NCBI GenBank assembly: GCA_964601505.1
Contig: CAZRNR010000001.1
Location: 49,095 to 113,094 of the forward strand
Origin: an uncultured bacterium
GTDB lineage: Bacteria; Calescibacteriota; Calescibacteriia; Calescibacteriales; Calescibacteriaceae
DNA length: 64,000 nucleotides
Direction of reading: 5' to 3'
The stretch's first letter is position 1; each line of letters starts with the position of its first letter. Positions 39,063-49,536 of this stretch are shown here, one piece after another. Under the pieces are notes generated by a model. That model made no database searches. It was not told the origin of the DNA and was given only the letters and a program-made list of their open reading frames with translations. A program made the position numbers and the translations under genes.

Positions 39063-40490
39063 TTAAATGGGTATTTTTTTTGAACCAAGTTCTGTATCCT
39101 GCAAATATATTCCTATATCCAAAATTTTCTTTCTTATTTCATCAGCTTCTTGGAATTTTTTTTGTCTCCTCATTTCGTTTCTTTTCTCTATGAGACTGCA
39201 TAATTCTTCGTAAGAATACCCGTGTTCCTTACATCTTCTTATAATCTCTTCCTCTATGAAGCTATGGTTGTTTAAAACATCCAATCTTCCAAATATTCCG
39301 AGTATTTTAGATACGCTCCCAATAAGTTTTAAAAACTTTATAACAGATTCTCTAGATTTTTCATTTATGACTTTATCATATTCAGAAAAGATTATTGATA
39401 TAGCTTCTGGAGTATTTAGATCCTGGTCTAGCGCATTTTCTATTTTAGACAGTAGATTGGTGTCAAGTTGAGCTTTCTCAATATCTTGAGAAGATATTTT
39501 GAGCTTTTCTGCGAGAAATTCCAGGTTATAGTAAAAATTAACGAGAGTTTTTTCCTCCTTTTTTATATCATCAATTCCAGATATTTCTATGTTGCTTCTG
39601 TAATGAGATTTTATGATGAATAGTTTAAGAACTTCAGGATGAAAAGATTTAAGCATTTCATGAACCGTTATTATGTTCCCGATTGATTTTGACATTTTTT
39701 CACCTTTTATGTAAAGGTGTCCTGTATGTATCCAGTATTTTACGAATTCTTTCCCAGTAGCTGATTCTGATTGCGCTATTTCGTTTTCATGATGCGGAAA
39801 TATTAGATCCTTCCCCCCACCGTGTATATCAAAGCTTTCTCCAAGATATTTCATACTCATTGCGGAACACTCAATATGCCAACCGGGTCTGCCTTCTCCC
39901 CATGGTGATTCCCAACTTGGTTCATAATCATATTTTTTGGATTTCCATAGAGCAAAATCAAGAGGATTTCTCTTCTTTTCAGAAACTTCAACCCTTGCCC
40001 CGGCTAACATATCTTTCATACTCATTTTTGATAACTTACCGTAATCATTGAAACTATTGACATCAAAATACACATCGCCATCGGATACATATCCTTTCCC
40101 TTTCTCTAATATTCGCTTAATAAGTTCCAATATATCAGATATATGGTCTGTAACTTTCGGTTCATAGTCTGGTTTTATAAGCTCAAATGGTTTTAGATCT
40201 TCATAAAAATAATTTATGTATTTTTCTGATACTTCTTGTGGGGTTTTACCTTCTTGCATTGCTTTTTTAATTATCTTGTCATCAACATCTGTAAAATTTC
40301 TTACGAACCTCACTTTGTATCCTTTATACCTTAAGTACCTTGTGAGTATGTCAAAGGGAATAAAGCTTCTTATGTGTCCAATATGCATTCTGTCATATAC
40401 AGTCAGTCCGCATACATATATCCCCACATCTTTACCTCTTAAGGGGATAAATTCTTCAATTTTCCCAGATAGTGTATTTTTGACTTTCAT
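39063..40490 (-). CDS. cysS: Cysteine--tRNA ligase
   Basis: Motifs 'HIGH' and 'KMSKS'. 475 aa. Confidence 0.95.
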   Translation of the reverse strand: MKVKNTLSGKIEEFIPLRGKDVGIYVCGLTVYDRMHIGHIRSFIPFDILTRYLRYKGYKVRFVRNFTDVDDKIIKKAMQEGKTPQEVSEKYINYFYEDLKPFELIKPDYEPKVTDHISDILELIKRILEKGKGYVSDGDVYFDVNSFNDYGKLSKMSMKDMLAGARVEVSEKKRNPLDFALWKSKKYDYEPSWESPWGEGRPGWHIECSAMSMKYLGESFDIHGGGKDLIFPHHENEIAQSESATGKEFVKYWIHTGHLYIKGEKMSKSIGNIITVHEMLKSFHPEVLKLFIIKSHYRSNIEISGIDDIKKEEKTLVNFYYNLEFLAEKLKISSQDIEKAQLDTNLLSKIENALDQDLNTPEAISIIFSEYDKVINEKSRESVIKFLKLIGSVSKILGIFGRLDVLNNHSFIEEEIIRRCKEHGYSYEELCSLIEKRNEMRRQKKFQEADEIRKKILDIGIYLQDTELGSKKIPI

Positions 40491-40492
40491 TT

Positions 40493-40906
40493 TTAATCAG
40501 CTTTTATATTTCCATTCGGTTCAACTCTGTATTTTTTAGCATCAGCCCACAATCCTTCAAGATCATAAAAATCTCGCCAGTTTTTTTCAAATATGTGAAG
40601 TATGATGTCGCCGTAATCAATAATATTCCATACAGCTTTCGGATTATATTCAATGTTTTTTATTCTCATTCTTTTTTTATTTTTTGATAATTTTTTTAAT
40701 TCGTAAATTACAGCTTCTGTTTGTGTGTTGCTGTCTGAACTACACACTATGAAAAAATCACTAATATGATTGAACTTCCGAATATCTATAATTACAACAT
40801 CTTCACATTTTTTATCTAAAACTACCTCTATTATCTTTTTTATTTTCTGAGGTATTTTTAATTTATGTCCGTTTCTACTTCCTCTTGAATCCTCCTTACT
40901 TATCAT
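40493..40906 (-). CDS. rsfS: Ribosome silencing factor RsfS (Iojap-like)
   Basis: About 137 aa with the pattern 'DVVIIDIRKFNHISDFFIVCSSDSNTQTEAV'. Confidence 0.75.
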   Translation of the reverse strand: MISKEDSRGSRNGHKLKIPQKIKKIIEVVLDKKCEDVVIIDIRKFNHISDFFIVCSSDSNTQTEAVIYELKKLSKNKKRMRIKNIEYNPKAVWNIIDYGDIILHIFEKNWRDFYDLEGLWADAKKYRVEPNGNIKAD

Positions 40907-41048
40907 CTGTTATTTCCTTTTTTATCCTTATGGATTAAATTTAAAAATAAATATAATAATGCGATATATATTTTGAAGTATTTATTATTTTTTGTTTTTT
41001 CTTATGATGGATATAGCACCTATCTATTTTGTCCATGTTGTGAACCAT

Positions 41049-42827
41049 ATGATTAAAGAAGGGAGAAAGATTATATTTCCATTATTGTTATTAGTACCAC
41101 TTGTCCCTAATTTTTCTTTTGCAGATGTTCCTATATCTGAACCTCCGAAGATAATTTTCTACCCGAAAAGAACGGCAAGACCTAAGGCGATTATAAGAGG
41201 ACAAACATGTTCAAAGTGTGATGTTTTCATTGAAGTTGAAAATAATACATTTTCTGGAGTGGCAGATGAATCTGGAATTTTTGAAATAGAAGTTTCTCTT
41301 GAGGAAAACAAGGACAATAAGGTAAATATATACTCACAAAAGGCAAAGAAAAAGTCTCCACCAACACAGATACTGATAACACATTATTCCATCGGCCCAC
41401 CAGATCCTAATTCTCCTCCAAAAGTTGATTTGGATTCAATACCAAAATATACCAATGATCCGGGGATAAGGTTGTTTGGTAGAACGAAACCGAATTCAAA
41501 GGTTGTCGCACTTGGAGGTTCTGCAAAAGCTGAGGGATTTTCTGATAGCGAAGGTTTTTTTGAACTCCTTATCTTTTTGAAATTTGATCAAATGAACGAG
41601 ATAGATGTTTATTATGAAGATGAACAAGGTTTTATATCCCCGAAAACTACTTTTCAGATATATCAAATTTCAAAAGCTCCACCAGCACCAAAATTAGAAA
41701 AAGTACCAGAATATACAAATCATGAAAAAATAAAGATCAAGGGTAGAACGGTTCCGGGTTTTGGAGTCGTTGCAGAACTACCAACAGGTAGTAGAGTAGA
41801 GTATAGGGCAGATGACCAGCAAGGAAACTTTGATGTAGAAGTTTCTCTGATACCTAATTCTGAAAACAAAATATCTTTATATACTGTAGATTTTGCAGGG
41901 AATTTTTCTGCCGCGGAAAGGATAGTAATCTTTCAAGATAGCATACCCCCAAGACCTCCGGAGATTATATTATATCCATCACAGGTCTATCAAGATAGTG
42001 CAACTGTATTGGGTAAGGGAGAACCAGGAGCAAAAATTGTCTCTAGGATTTCAGAAAGAGAATATGAACTTGGTATGGTAGATAAAGCTGGAAATTTTAT
42101 TACCACTGTTCCAGTGCCAAAGTTCAAGCGTCAGACTAGAAGAAATTATATAAACATGCATCTTGTAGATGGAGCTGGAAATATCTCAGAACCAACTTTG
42201 ATAGTTATAGATGCCCTGCCAGATATAAATCAAACGAACATAGGTATCAATTTTGGTATTCACTCTTTTACCGGTCTTATCTCAAAGGAGTTTTTTGATG
42301 GTATAAGGAAATCACCATTAGATTTTACTGGTTTATCTGTTGAGCTAAGATATACGAGAATTTTTCAGAGAAGGAGTGGTCCAGCGTTCACTCTGGTGAG
42401 TGGTTTTACTACATCTTTCGGAGAAAAGGTAGATATACCTCAGTTAGGAGATCCATCGGTAAATCTTATTGGAACTGCTGATGAGCTATCTCAAATAACC
42501 TTATCTACTATGTATATTATAGCAAATATAGGTTTAGCCTTTTTCTTTGAGGATTTTGACCTGATCCCATCGGTTGGATTTGGGGGACTTGGTTTCATAA
42601 AAGCTGGCCCAGTTCTTGAAGGCAATACTATCTTGAAAGAAGATAGATTATTTTTCAGCTATGTCGTCAGAACTGAAATTTCCTTCAGATACTCTATAAC
42701 CGAGGACCTTAATCTTCAACTTATCTCCGCATATTCAGTTTCGCCGATAAGAAATGTTAATGAAAGTGGACACTCTGTAGATGGTGGTGGCTTTATTCTC
42801 GGATTAGGAATAAATTTCGGATTTTAA
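41049..42827 (+). CDS. Outer-membrane protein with four tandem Ig-like (Big-type) repeats and a C-terminal beta-barrel ending in Phe
   Basis: Signal peptide 'MIKEGRKIIFPLLLLVPLVPNFSFA'. Four repeats of about 90 aa share the pattern 'P..I...P..T.....G......V..........D..G.F...V.L......I.........GN.S'. The last roughly 200 aa show alternating hydrophobics and the terminus '...GLGINFGF'. Confidence 0.5.
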   Translation: MIKEGRKIIFPLLLLVPLVPNFSFADVPISEPPKIIFYPKRTARPKAIIRGQTCSKCDVFIEVENNTFSGVADESGIFEIEVSLEENKDNKVNIYSQKAKKKSPPTQILITHYSIGPPDPNSPPKVDLDSIPKYTNDPGIRLFGRTKPNSKVVALGGSAKAEGFSDSEGFFELLIFLKFDQMNEIDVYYEDEQGFISPKTTFQIYQISKAPPAPKLEKVPEYTNHEKIKIKGRTVPGFGVVAELPTGSRVEYRADDQQGNFDVEVSLIPNSENKISLYTVDFAGNFSAAERIVIFQDSIPPRPPEIILYPSQVYQDSATVLGKGEPGAKIVSRISEREYELGMVDKAGNFITTVPVPKFKRQTRRNYINMHLVDGAGNISEPTLIVIDALPDINQTNIGINFGIHSFTGLISKEFFDGIRKSPLDFTGLSVELRYTRIFQRRSGPAFTLVSGFTTSFGEKVDIPQLGDPSVNLIGTADELSQITLSTMYIIANIGLAFFFEDFDLIPSVGFGGLGFIKAGPVLEGNTILKEDRLFFSYVVRTEISFRYSITEDLNLQLISAYSVSPIRNVNESGHSVDGGGFILGLGINFGF

Positions 42828-43285
42828 GAGACTGAAGCTGATTCTTCTTTAGCTTTCAAGATTTCTATCCATGGATTTTTTGAAACAATTGCAGTTTTAT
42901 ATTCTAACTTATCAGATGCAAGTTTCAAGGCAGATAAAGCATCTTTTTCGGACACACCACCTATTTCAAATAAGACTGTTCCTGCTTTTACTCTTGCCTC
43001 GTATCCTATGACGTCTCCTTTACCTCCGCCCATTCTTGTTTCCGCAGGCTTTTTCGTAACCGGTCTTGAAGGAAATATTCTCAACCAAAATTTTGCCGAT
43101 GAAGGTAAGGATCTTATTATCGTTAGCCTGCAGGCTTCTATTTGTCTGGCAGAGATTCTTGCAGGTTCAAGAACTTTCAGGCCCCACTCTCCAAAGGCTA
43201 GATTATACCCTTTTGAAGCTTTTCCCCTTATTCTTCCCTTCATACATTTCCTGTATTTGAGCTTCTTGGGCTGTAGTAATGACAT
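42824..43285 (-). CDS. rplP: 50S ribosomal protein L16, solitary copy
   Basis: 'MSLLQPKKLKYRKCMKGRIRG...FGEWGLKV...ISARQIEACR...RMGGGKG' aligns well with E. coli L16. It has a C-terminal extension of about 15 aa. Confidence 0.85.
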   Translation of the reverse strand: MSLLQPKKLKYRKCMKGRIRGKASKGYNLAFGEWGLKVLEPARISARQIEACRLTIIRSLPSSAKFWLRIFPSRPVTKKPAETRMGGGKGDVIGYEARVKAGTVLFEIGGVSEKDALSALKLASDKLEYKTAIVSKNPWIEILKAKEESASVS

Positions 43286-43337
43286 AAGCTACATAATAAA
43301 CTTGATCAATTTATAGGAAGAATTTTCAAAAATTTTT

Positions 43338-45515
43338 TCACTTGAGTTCAATACCTATTTTCTGAAGACTTAATTTTGAAAGAGCGTTTATTGTTGCCTG
43401 ACTCAAATTCTTTCCGAAAAGTTCTTTATACTTTTCAGATTTTTGGAGTTCCGATCCTTTACCTGAAGTACCATATATTGAATCCATATATGCTATAATA
43501 AGTATCATCCTCTTGTATGGATCAACTCTTAGAAAGAAATCTTTACTCACTCCAACTGTTTCAAATATTTCAGAAGCAATATTGTCCGGAATTGATGAGA
43601 ATGCTGAATATACTTCATCAAGTGATTTCTGTCCTAAACCAAGTTTTTTTAGTGATTGGGGATTTATTGCATATAGCATAATATTTGATTCATTGTATAG
43701 CCTTTTAGCAGATTTATCATCGGGATTTTTCGCAATGTATTCAGATAGTATCTTTTTAGCAACCGCGTAGTTCCCTTGCTTTATGAGGAAACTTATATAC
43801 TCGTTAAAGTTGCTAGATCTGTTTTGTTCTTTTGAGTTTTCATACGCCTTTTTATACATTTCTTCTGCTACTTTTTCATATCCTTTTCTTTTTTCATATA
43901 TTTTGGCAAGTTTAAGATAAGCTTCATCATTATTCGGAGAAAATCTTATAGATTTTTCAAGGGCAAGAGCTATTTGTGTTTCATCTTCCATGAGATTCTC
44001 TAATAAAATGGCATACTTGAACCAGGTATCTCCACTTTTCCCAAAGGATGAATCAAGAGTAAAAAGTTTCTCATAATATTCTTTTGCCTTTTTCAGGTCA
44101 GATTTGTTTTCCGATTCAGAGTATATTTGTGCAAGGAGTAATAAAGCTTCATCTTCATATGGATCTATCTTTATTGCTTCTTCAAGGGTTCTTTTGGCTT
44201 CCTCAAATCTTCTAAGATTTAGATAAATTTCCCCGATAAGTGTTTGGTATATTGCAAGTTTCTTCTGCATTTCTCTATCGTATTTTATTTCTGGGGTTGA
44301 GTTTATTGTATCTATAGCTCTTTTTGCTGGTTCCGAAGCTTGTTCCCACTTAGATAGTTTCTTTAAAGCAAACGCCCTCTTGTAAAACAAACTGTGGGAT
44401 GCTTTCTCTCCAAGAAGATCTATTGCCTTCCTATATGCCTCGTCAGCAGCTTCAAATAAATTCATTCTTATGTATGTATCTCCGAGTTTTTCATATACAA
44501 GAGAATTTTCTCCAATATCTATAGCTTTTCTATACATATCTCTTGCATCTTCATATCTTTTCTCCTCAAAATATATATCTCCTATTGCGATGTATGAGTC
44601 AGAAAAATCTGGTTTTATTCTGATAGATTCACGAAACTTATCAAGTGCTCTTGTGGTTTGACCCTTCTTTAAAAGGGCATATCCTTCATCATAAAGGTTA
44701 TATGCGTCACAGGTCTGTATCATTTTTTTTGAATCATTTATTATCTTTTCTGGTAAGCAGAAATAATCTTTTATTCCTTCAAGATAGTTTCTTTCGGAGC
44801 AGTCTCTATTCTTTATTTTTGAAAAAACATCGTTTGCTTTGCTTCTTATTCTGTCAACAAACATGTTGTATATATCTGATATGTCTGAAAGTGCTATTTC
44901 CCTTATTTCTGCTTGAATATTGTTTATCTCCTGACTGACAGTTATATACACTGAACAGAACTGCTTTTCTTCTGCTTTAGATAGCCTATCTCTAAACTCA
45001 ATATAGTTTCTTATTGAATCTGAAACATTTGGTATGACTGAGAAATTTATCGCACACATATAATCATAACCATCTCTGTCAATATCCCCTTCTTTACAAT
45101 ATTGTATATCCTCTATTTTCTCAAACTTATCTGAAAATATATCTTTTGAAAAAATGATTAATCTTTGGGAATCAACTTTTATATTGACACTCTGAGATAG
45201 ATCCTCTACGGTGAAATCAATTCTGGCTGATATTTTGTCATCGTTTATGTTCGCTCTTGTAGTTTTTTTCTCAATTGTGTTCCCATCCTCATCCTTAACC
45301 TCAGAAAAGATATTTACAGCTATCTTTGATATAACAGGATATATTCTTTGATATTCTTCTTGAGGTATATCTTGGGGTTTTTGTATTTGACCATTTATGT
45401 TGAAGATTATCTTTTTGGGACCACCACAGTTATAGAGTGTAAAAATTGTAAAAAACATAAATAAACTCCATGCTGGTAAATTGATTTTCTCTCTTCTTTT
45501 TATTATTAACTCCAT
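43338..45515 (-). CDS. TPR-repeat lipoprotein
   Basis: N-terminal hydrophobic segment ending '..FTLYNCGG', a relaxed lipobox. Multiple TPR-like 34-aa repeats ('...AYLKLAKIYEKRKGYEKV...'). Confidence 0.7.
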   Translation of the reverse strand: MELIIKRREKINLPAWSLFMFFTIFTLYNCGGPKKIIFNINGQIQKPQDIPQEEYQRIYPVISKIAVNIFSEVKDEDGNTIEKKTTRANINDDKISARIDFTVEDLSQSVNIKVDSQRLIIFSKDIFSDKFEKIEDIQYCKEGDIDRDGYDYMCAINFSVIPNVSDSIRNYIEFRDRLSKAEEKQFCSVYITVSQEINNIQAEIREIALSDISDIYNMFVDRIRSKANDVFSKIKNRDCSERNYLEGIKDYFCLPEKIINDSKKMIQTCDAYNLYDEGYALLKKGQTTRALDKFRESIRIKPDFSDSYIAIGDIYFEEKRYEDARDMYRKAIDIGENSLVYEKLGDTYIRMNLFEAADEAYRKAIDLLGEKASHSLFYKRAFALKKLSKWEQASEPAKRAIDTINSTPEIKYDREMQKKLAIYQTLIGEIYLNLRRFEEAKRTLEEAIKIDPYEDEALLLLAQIYSESENKSDLKKAKEYYEKLFTLDSSFGKSGDTWFKYAILLENLMEDETQIALALEKSIRFSPNNDEAYLKLAKIYEKRKGYEKVAEEMYKKAYENSKEQNRSSNFNEYISFLIKQGNYAVAKKILSEYIAKNPDDKSAKRLYNESNIMLYAINPQSLKKLGLGQKSLDEVYSAFSSIPDNIASEIFETVGVSKDFFLRVDPYKRMILIIAYMDSIYGTSGKGSELQKSEKYKELFGKNLSQATINALSKLSLQKIGIELK

Positions 45516-45569
45516 CTCCTTACCTCCTTTATGGTTTATAATTTTAGGGAAAATATACCTTTTTTTGTT

Positions 45570-46844
45570 TCATTTTTGTATTTTTTGTTCTTTACCAGTT
45601 ATGAACTTAATTATCTTTCGTCTCATATCGTTTATTCCTATTGCTCCAGCAACTTTTATGCCATTTTCTTCCATAAAATCTTTGATTTCTTCCAGTTGCT
45701 TTCTGTTGTATTTATCTATGAGGATAAAAAATATGACCTTTTCTTTATCCAGAAATCTTATTATTTCGGTCAGTATGAACTTTCCTATCTGTAAATCTAT
45801 TTCGCTTATTATTTCTCGCTTTTTTGGTAGTTTCAGAAGCTCTGATATTCCCCATGGAGAATATAGGTCTTCATAAATTTTAAAAAAAGGAGCAAACACA
45901 TCCTTCTCATTCATTTTTGCTAGAAAATACCTATTCAATTCTTTATCAATATCGCTTTTGATATCTTTCAAGTTTTGTCCTTCACTCTTAGTATTTATAT
46001 ATCTGTCTATGAGGTCTTTGTCCCAAAAATCTTCTATGTTCAGAAAACTCTTATTTGAGATTATAATTAGATTCAGTTTTGATTTATCTTTCTCTAAAAA
46101 CTCCACGATCTTCATAAAGCTTATGATTATGTTCTCTGATCTACCTGTTAAATCTATAACTTTCACATCAAGTTCATTTTGGATCTCTTCGGCAAAACTT
46201 CTTTCAGAACACTCTGATATGTCCTGACCAATTAAAAAGATTTTTTCCGCTTCATCCCATAGTTTATCATTATTACGAAATCCAAATCTGTCTGTTTTGT
46301 AGTATATCCATTTTTCGCCATCATAGCAGTACAGGATATATGAATGTGAAGGCATACTTACAGGAAATACATCAAATTTTTCATCTAATATTTTTTTCAT
46401 CCGTCTAAATTCTATGTATGGAAATGCCAAGTTCCATTCTTCGGGTATTTTATTTTTTCTTATTATTTCTATTTCTGATGTGTATTGAGTTTCCTTTATA
46501 TATCTGAATTTCTCAGAGTTTGAATTGATATAGATCTTATACGAGATAAACGAGATTAAAAGAATTAAACCTATAACTCTTTTTGCTTTGGAGAAATTAT
46601 TATCATTAAGTGAGAATATTCTTTTCTGAAGAAATCTTAAGTTGATTGCTAATGGTAGGAGGGTAAGAATAACAGTAAGAGTAAAAACTAATTCTAATGG
46701 AGTGAATGACTCAGTAGAAATCCTTTTTCTCCAAAAAATAAAAAAAATAAGTCCTGTAATCCATATAGGATATCCTAAATTAGCCGAATACCAGATTAAT
46801 AGGAATACAGCCCGTATTATCTTTGGAATTAGTAATCTTGACAT
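45570..46844 (-). CDS. Membrane-anchored protein (three N-terminal TM helices plus a soluble domain, SGNH/DltD-like?)
   Basis: Hydrophobic N-terminus followed by a charged domain of about 330 aa. The family assignment is a guess. Confidence 0.35.
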   Translation of the reverse strand: MSRLLIPKIIRAVFLLIWYSANLGYPIWITGLIFFIFWRKRISTESFTPLELVFTLTVILTLLPLAINLRFLQKRIFSLNDNNFSKAKRVIGLILLISFISYKIYINSNSEKFRYIKETQYTSEIEIIRKNKIPEEWNLAFPYIEFRRMKKILDEKFDVFPVSMPSHSYILYCYDGEKWIYYKTDRFGFRNNDKLWDEAEKIFLIGQDISECSERSFAEEIQNELDVKVIDLTGRSENIIISFMKIVEFLEKDKSKLNLIIISNKSFLNIEDFWDKDLIDRYINTKSEGQNLKDIKSDIDKELNRYFLAKMNEKDVFAPFFKIYEDLYSPWGISELLKLPKKREIISEIDLQIGKFILTEIIRFLDKEKVIFFILIDKYNRKQLEEIKDFMEENGIKVAGAIGINDMRRKIIKFITGKEQKIQK

Positions 46845-46894
46845 TTTTTCACAAGGAATGACACTTAATCGAATTTAAATTTAATATTCTGAAT

Positions 46895-47917
46895 TCAATC
46901 GAGTATTCTTATTATTTCTCTTATTCTGTTTATAGTTTCGTCCTCCTGGGGAGTTATCGGGTCTAATTTCTTGATATCAAGCCACGATTTTACATCCCAT
47001 TTTCCATCTGTTCTCATGTTATCAAGTGTCCATACATGGAACTTTTTTATTCCCGCTGCGAGTCCTGCAGATATATCTCTTTTGAGCTCGTAAGAAGATT
47101 TGTATCCTTTATTCCCAAACAGATCATCACCCACAAGACCAACATCTACTGATGCTTTTTCTCCGAATAGACTGTAGATATCTTTTGCATAGCTATAAAC
47201 AAAATATTCTGGATAGCTTACATTTAAATTGAAATTTTTTGATAGATTTTCAAGAGCAGTTGTGTAGAGCATAAACGAGTATTCATCACAGTTTGATGGA
47301 ACATATATCCCAAAGAACTTTGATATATCTTGATCACCGTCTTTTTTAATATCATCAACTACAAATGGTATAAAGACACATAGAACTTTCTTACCTCTTT
47401 CGTGAATCATTGATATAAGCAAGTCTATTTTGCTCCTACCTTCCTGATATATTTTTTCTGGTGGCTTCATTTGTGTGATATTTGAAAGGAAGTCAGTTAG
47501 GTTCTTGGAAAATGCTATTTTCGTTGCCAAATCCCATGGTGGTTCAAAGTCAAGAATTATTCAATCTGTATCTATGTTTTTTTGTAGAAAATCTTCTGTA
47601 TATTTGTAAAATTCCTCAGCGTTCCATGTTGATATCCAATAACCCTTTTCTTTTTTCACAAGAAGCCATGCTCTAAATTCCATCTTCTGTAGAATATCTT
47701 CTGGAAGTATTTCTCCTTCTCTTATGGCTAAAAATAGCTCTACATCAATATTTTTTAGTTCTTGATATACCTGTAAATATTCTTGGTATGGTAGAAACTC
47801 TGCCCATACCGAGATTTCAAAATTTCTTTTTTGAACTTCTTCATTTCTTTTTTGAACTTTTTCATAGCAGTTTGGGAAAAAGCAGATTACCGAGATTATT
47901 ACTTTAGTTATTTTCAT
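46895..47917 (-). pseudogene. Signal-peptide-bearing glycoside-hydrolase-like/lipoprotein gene interrupted by one in-frame TGA at 47561-47563
   Basis: ORFs 47561..47917 and 46895..47530 lie in the same frame. They are separated only by a TGA and ten sense codons (IILDFEPPWD), and the downstream ORF only 'starts' at a TTG. Confidence 0.45.
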
Positions 47918-47929
47918 TTTTGGACATGT

Positions 47930-48691
47930 TTATTTTGTGTAATACGATGATATTTGCTTACACTTTTCAAGGGCTTTTTCTACAGACCTAAAGATAAATG
48001 GTTTTGTGAGTATTATTTCTGATAATCCTTCAGCTGTTGTTCCAGATGGCGTCATGACAGATGATTTTATATCATATGGTGATTTTCCATTGAGTATCAT
48101 TTTTGCTGTTCCAAGAAATATTTGAGCTGATACGACTTTTGCGATATTTCTTGGAAGTCCTGCTTTCACGAAAGCATCTTCAAAGCTCTCAAATATATCC
48201 GAAATATACCCAGGTCCAGAAGCTGCTGTTGCTGTAAATATATCTATTTCTTCATCACTTTTGACTACGAAAACTTTTCCGTAATCAGAAAATATTTCCC
48301 TAAGTAAAATAGAATCTTCTTCATACTCTGTAAGGATTGCAAATATTCCTTCTTTTTCTTCTGCACATATGTTCGGCATAACTCTTGCCCATCTTTTAGT
48401 GAATCTCTTCAAAGCATCGGATTTTATTCCTGCTGCAATAGATACGATAAGCTTCTTCCCAAAGGCTGTGCTGATGTCAGATAGCACATCTAATACATCT
48501 TTAGGCTTTACAGCAATGAAAATTATATCTGATTTTTTTGTCAGATCTTCAATATTTACCTCAAACCTTTTCAATTCTTCTGGAACTCCAGCTGTGTCAT
48601 ATAAAAACAATGGAAATTTTTCAGATAATATTTTCGCTATTGTACTACCCATTTTACCAACTCCTACTATGCCTATTCTTATTTCTTCCAT
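47930..48691 (-). CDS. proC: Pyrroline-5-carboxylate reductase
   Basis: Motif 'IGIVGVGKMGSTIA', a Rossmann fold. 253 aa. Confidence 0.85.
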   Translation of the reverse strand: MEEIRIGIVGVGKMGSTIAKILSEKFPLFLYDTAGVPEELKRFEVNIEDLTKKSDIIFIAVKPKDVLDVLSDISTAFGKKLIVSIAAGIKSDALKRFTKRWARVMPNICAEEKEGIFAILTEYEEDSILLREIFSDYGKVFVVKSDEEIDIFTATAASGPGYISDIFESFEDAFVKAGLPRNIAKVVSAQIFLGTAKMILNGKSPYDIKSSVMTPSGTTAEGLSEIILTKPFIFRSVEKALEKCKQISSYYTK

Positions 48692-48920
48692 ACTCTTATA
48701 TAATATTTACTTTTTGTCGCCGATTCAAAAATTCTGTCTTGTGGTAACATAAAATGAGCTCTAAATGCATTGGATTTTATACTTCAGGATTCTTGTAAGG
48801 CAAATATTATATCAAAAAGAAACAGATTCCAAAAGCTATTTTAAATTTTTCAAACTACTCTCAACCATTGATTATTAGATTTGGTTCTCTTTGATTTTTA
48901 CTTTTTATCAGTTCATTTTT

Positions 48921-49532
48921 TTACTTTTGTTCCCAATTGATGATTTTTTCTTCTATCCCCTTTTTTTTATTTATAATTCTTGCAAGTATGAAGAAAAGGT
49001 CGGATAATCTGTTTATATATTTTATGCATTTGGGGTTTATTTTTTCTGTTTCAGCGAGTTCTACAATTTCTCTTTCGCACCTTCTTGTAATTGTTCTCAA
49101 AATATGAAATAAACTTCCTTCTTTGCTTCCTCCCGGGAGTATAAAATCCTCAAGTGGTTCAAGTTCTTTAAGATACTTTTTCTCAAGATCTTCAAGCCAG
49201 TCTATAGGCTTTTCTGTTAATCTCCTTTGAGACTCTGTTATCTCATCCGATGGCTTCAGCAGTCTTGCAAGGTCTCCTCCTAGTATAAATAGATGATTTT
49301 GAATCTTCTCAAGTATCTGTATGAATTCCCTCATATTTGTTTCATCTTCTTTTAATACAGATATTGTGTATCCGATGAAGCTACAAAGCTCATCAACAGT
49401 TCCATAAGCCTTCACTCGTGGATGATTTTTTTTCAAGACAAAACCCCCAGATATATATGTTTCTCCAAAGTCTCCGAATTTAGTTGTTATAACAGTAAGG
49501 CGCATCCCTCTTCGCCTTTTTATATCTGACAT
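48921..49532 (-). CDS. PduO-type ATP:cob(I)alamin adenosyltransferase
   Basis: PduO/EutT-N family pattern 'MRLTVITTKFGDFGETYIS...'. About 200 aa. Confidence 0.75.
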   Translation of the reverse strand: MSDIKRRRGMRLTVITTKFGDFGETYISGGFVLKKNHPRVKAYGTVDELCSFIGYTISVLKEDETNMREFIQILEKIQNHLFILGGDLARLLKPSDEITESQRRLTEKPIDWLEDLEKKYLKELEPLEDFILPGGSKEGSLFHILRTITRRCEREIVELAETEKINPKCIKYINRLSDLFFILARIINKKKGIEEKIINWEQK

Positions 49533-49536
49533 ATCC

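Noticed and set aside
47531-47563. Selenocysteine recoding of the in-frame TGA
   Set aside because: No convincing SECIS-like stem-loop lies just downstream of the UGA, and no sel genes are in the window. A pseudogene or sequencing error is more likely. The finding is reported above with its uncertainty.
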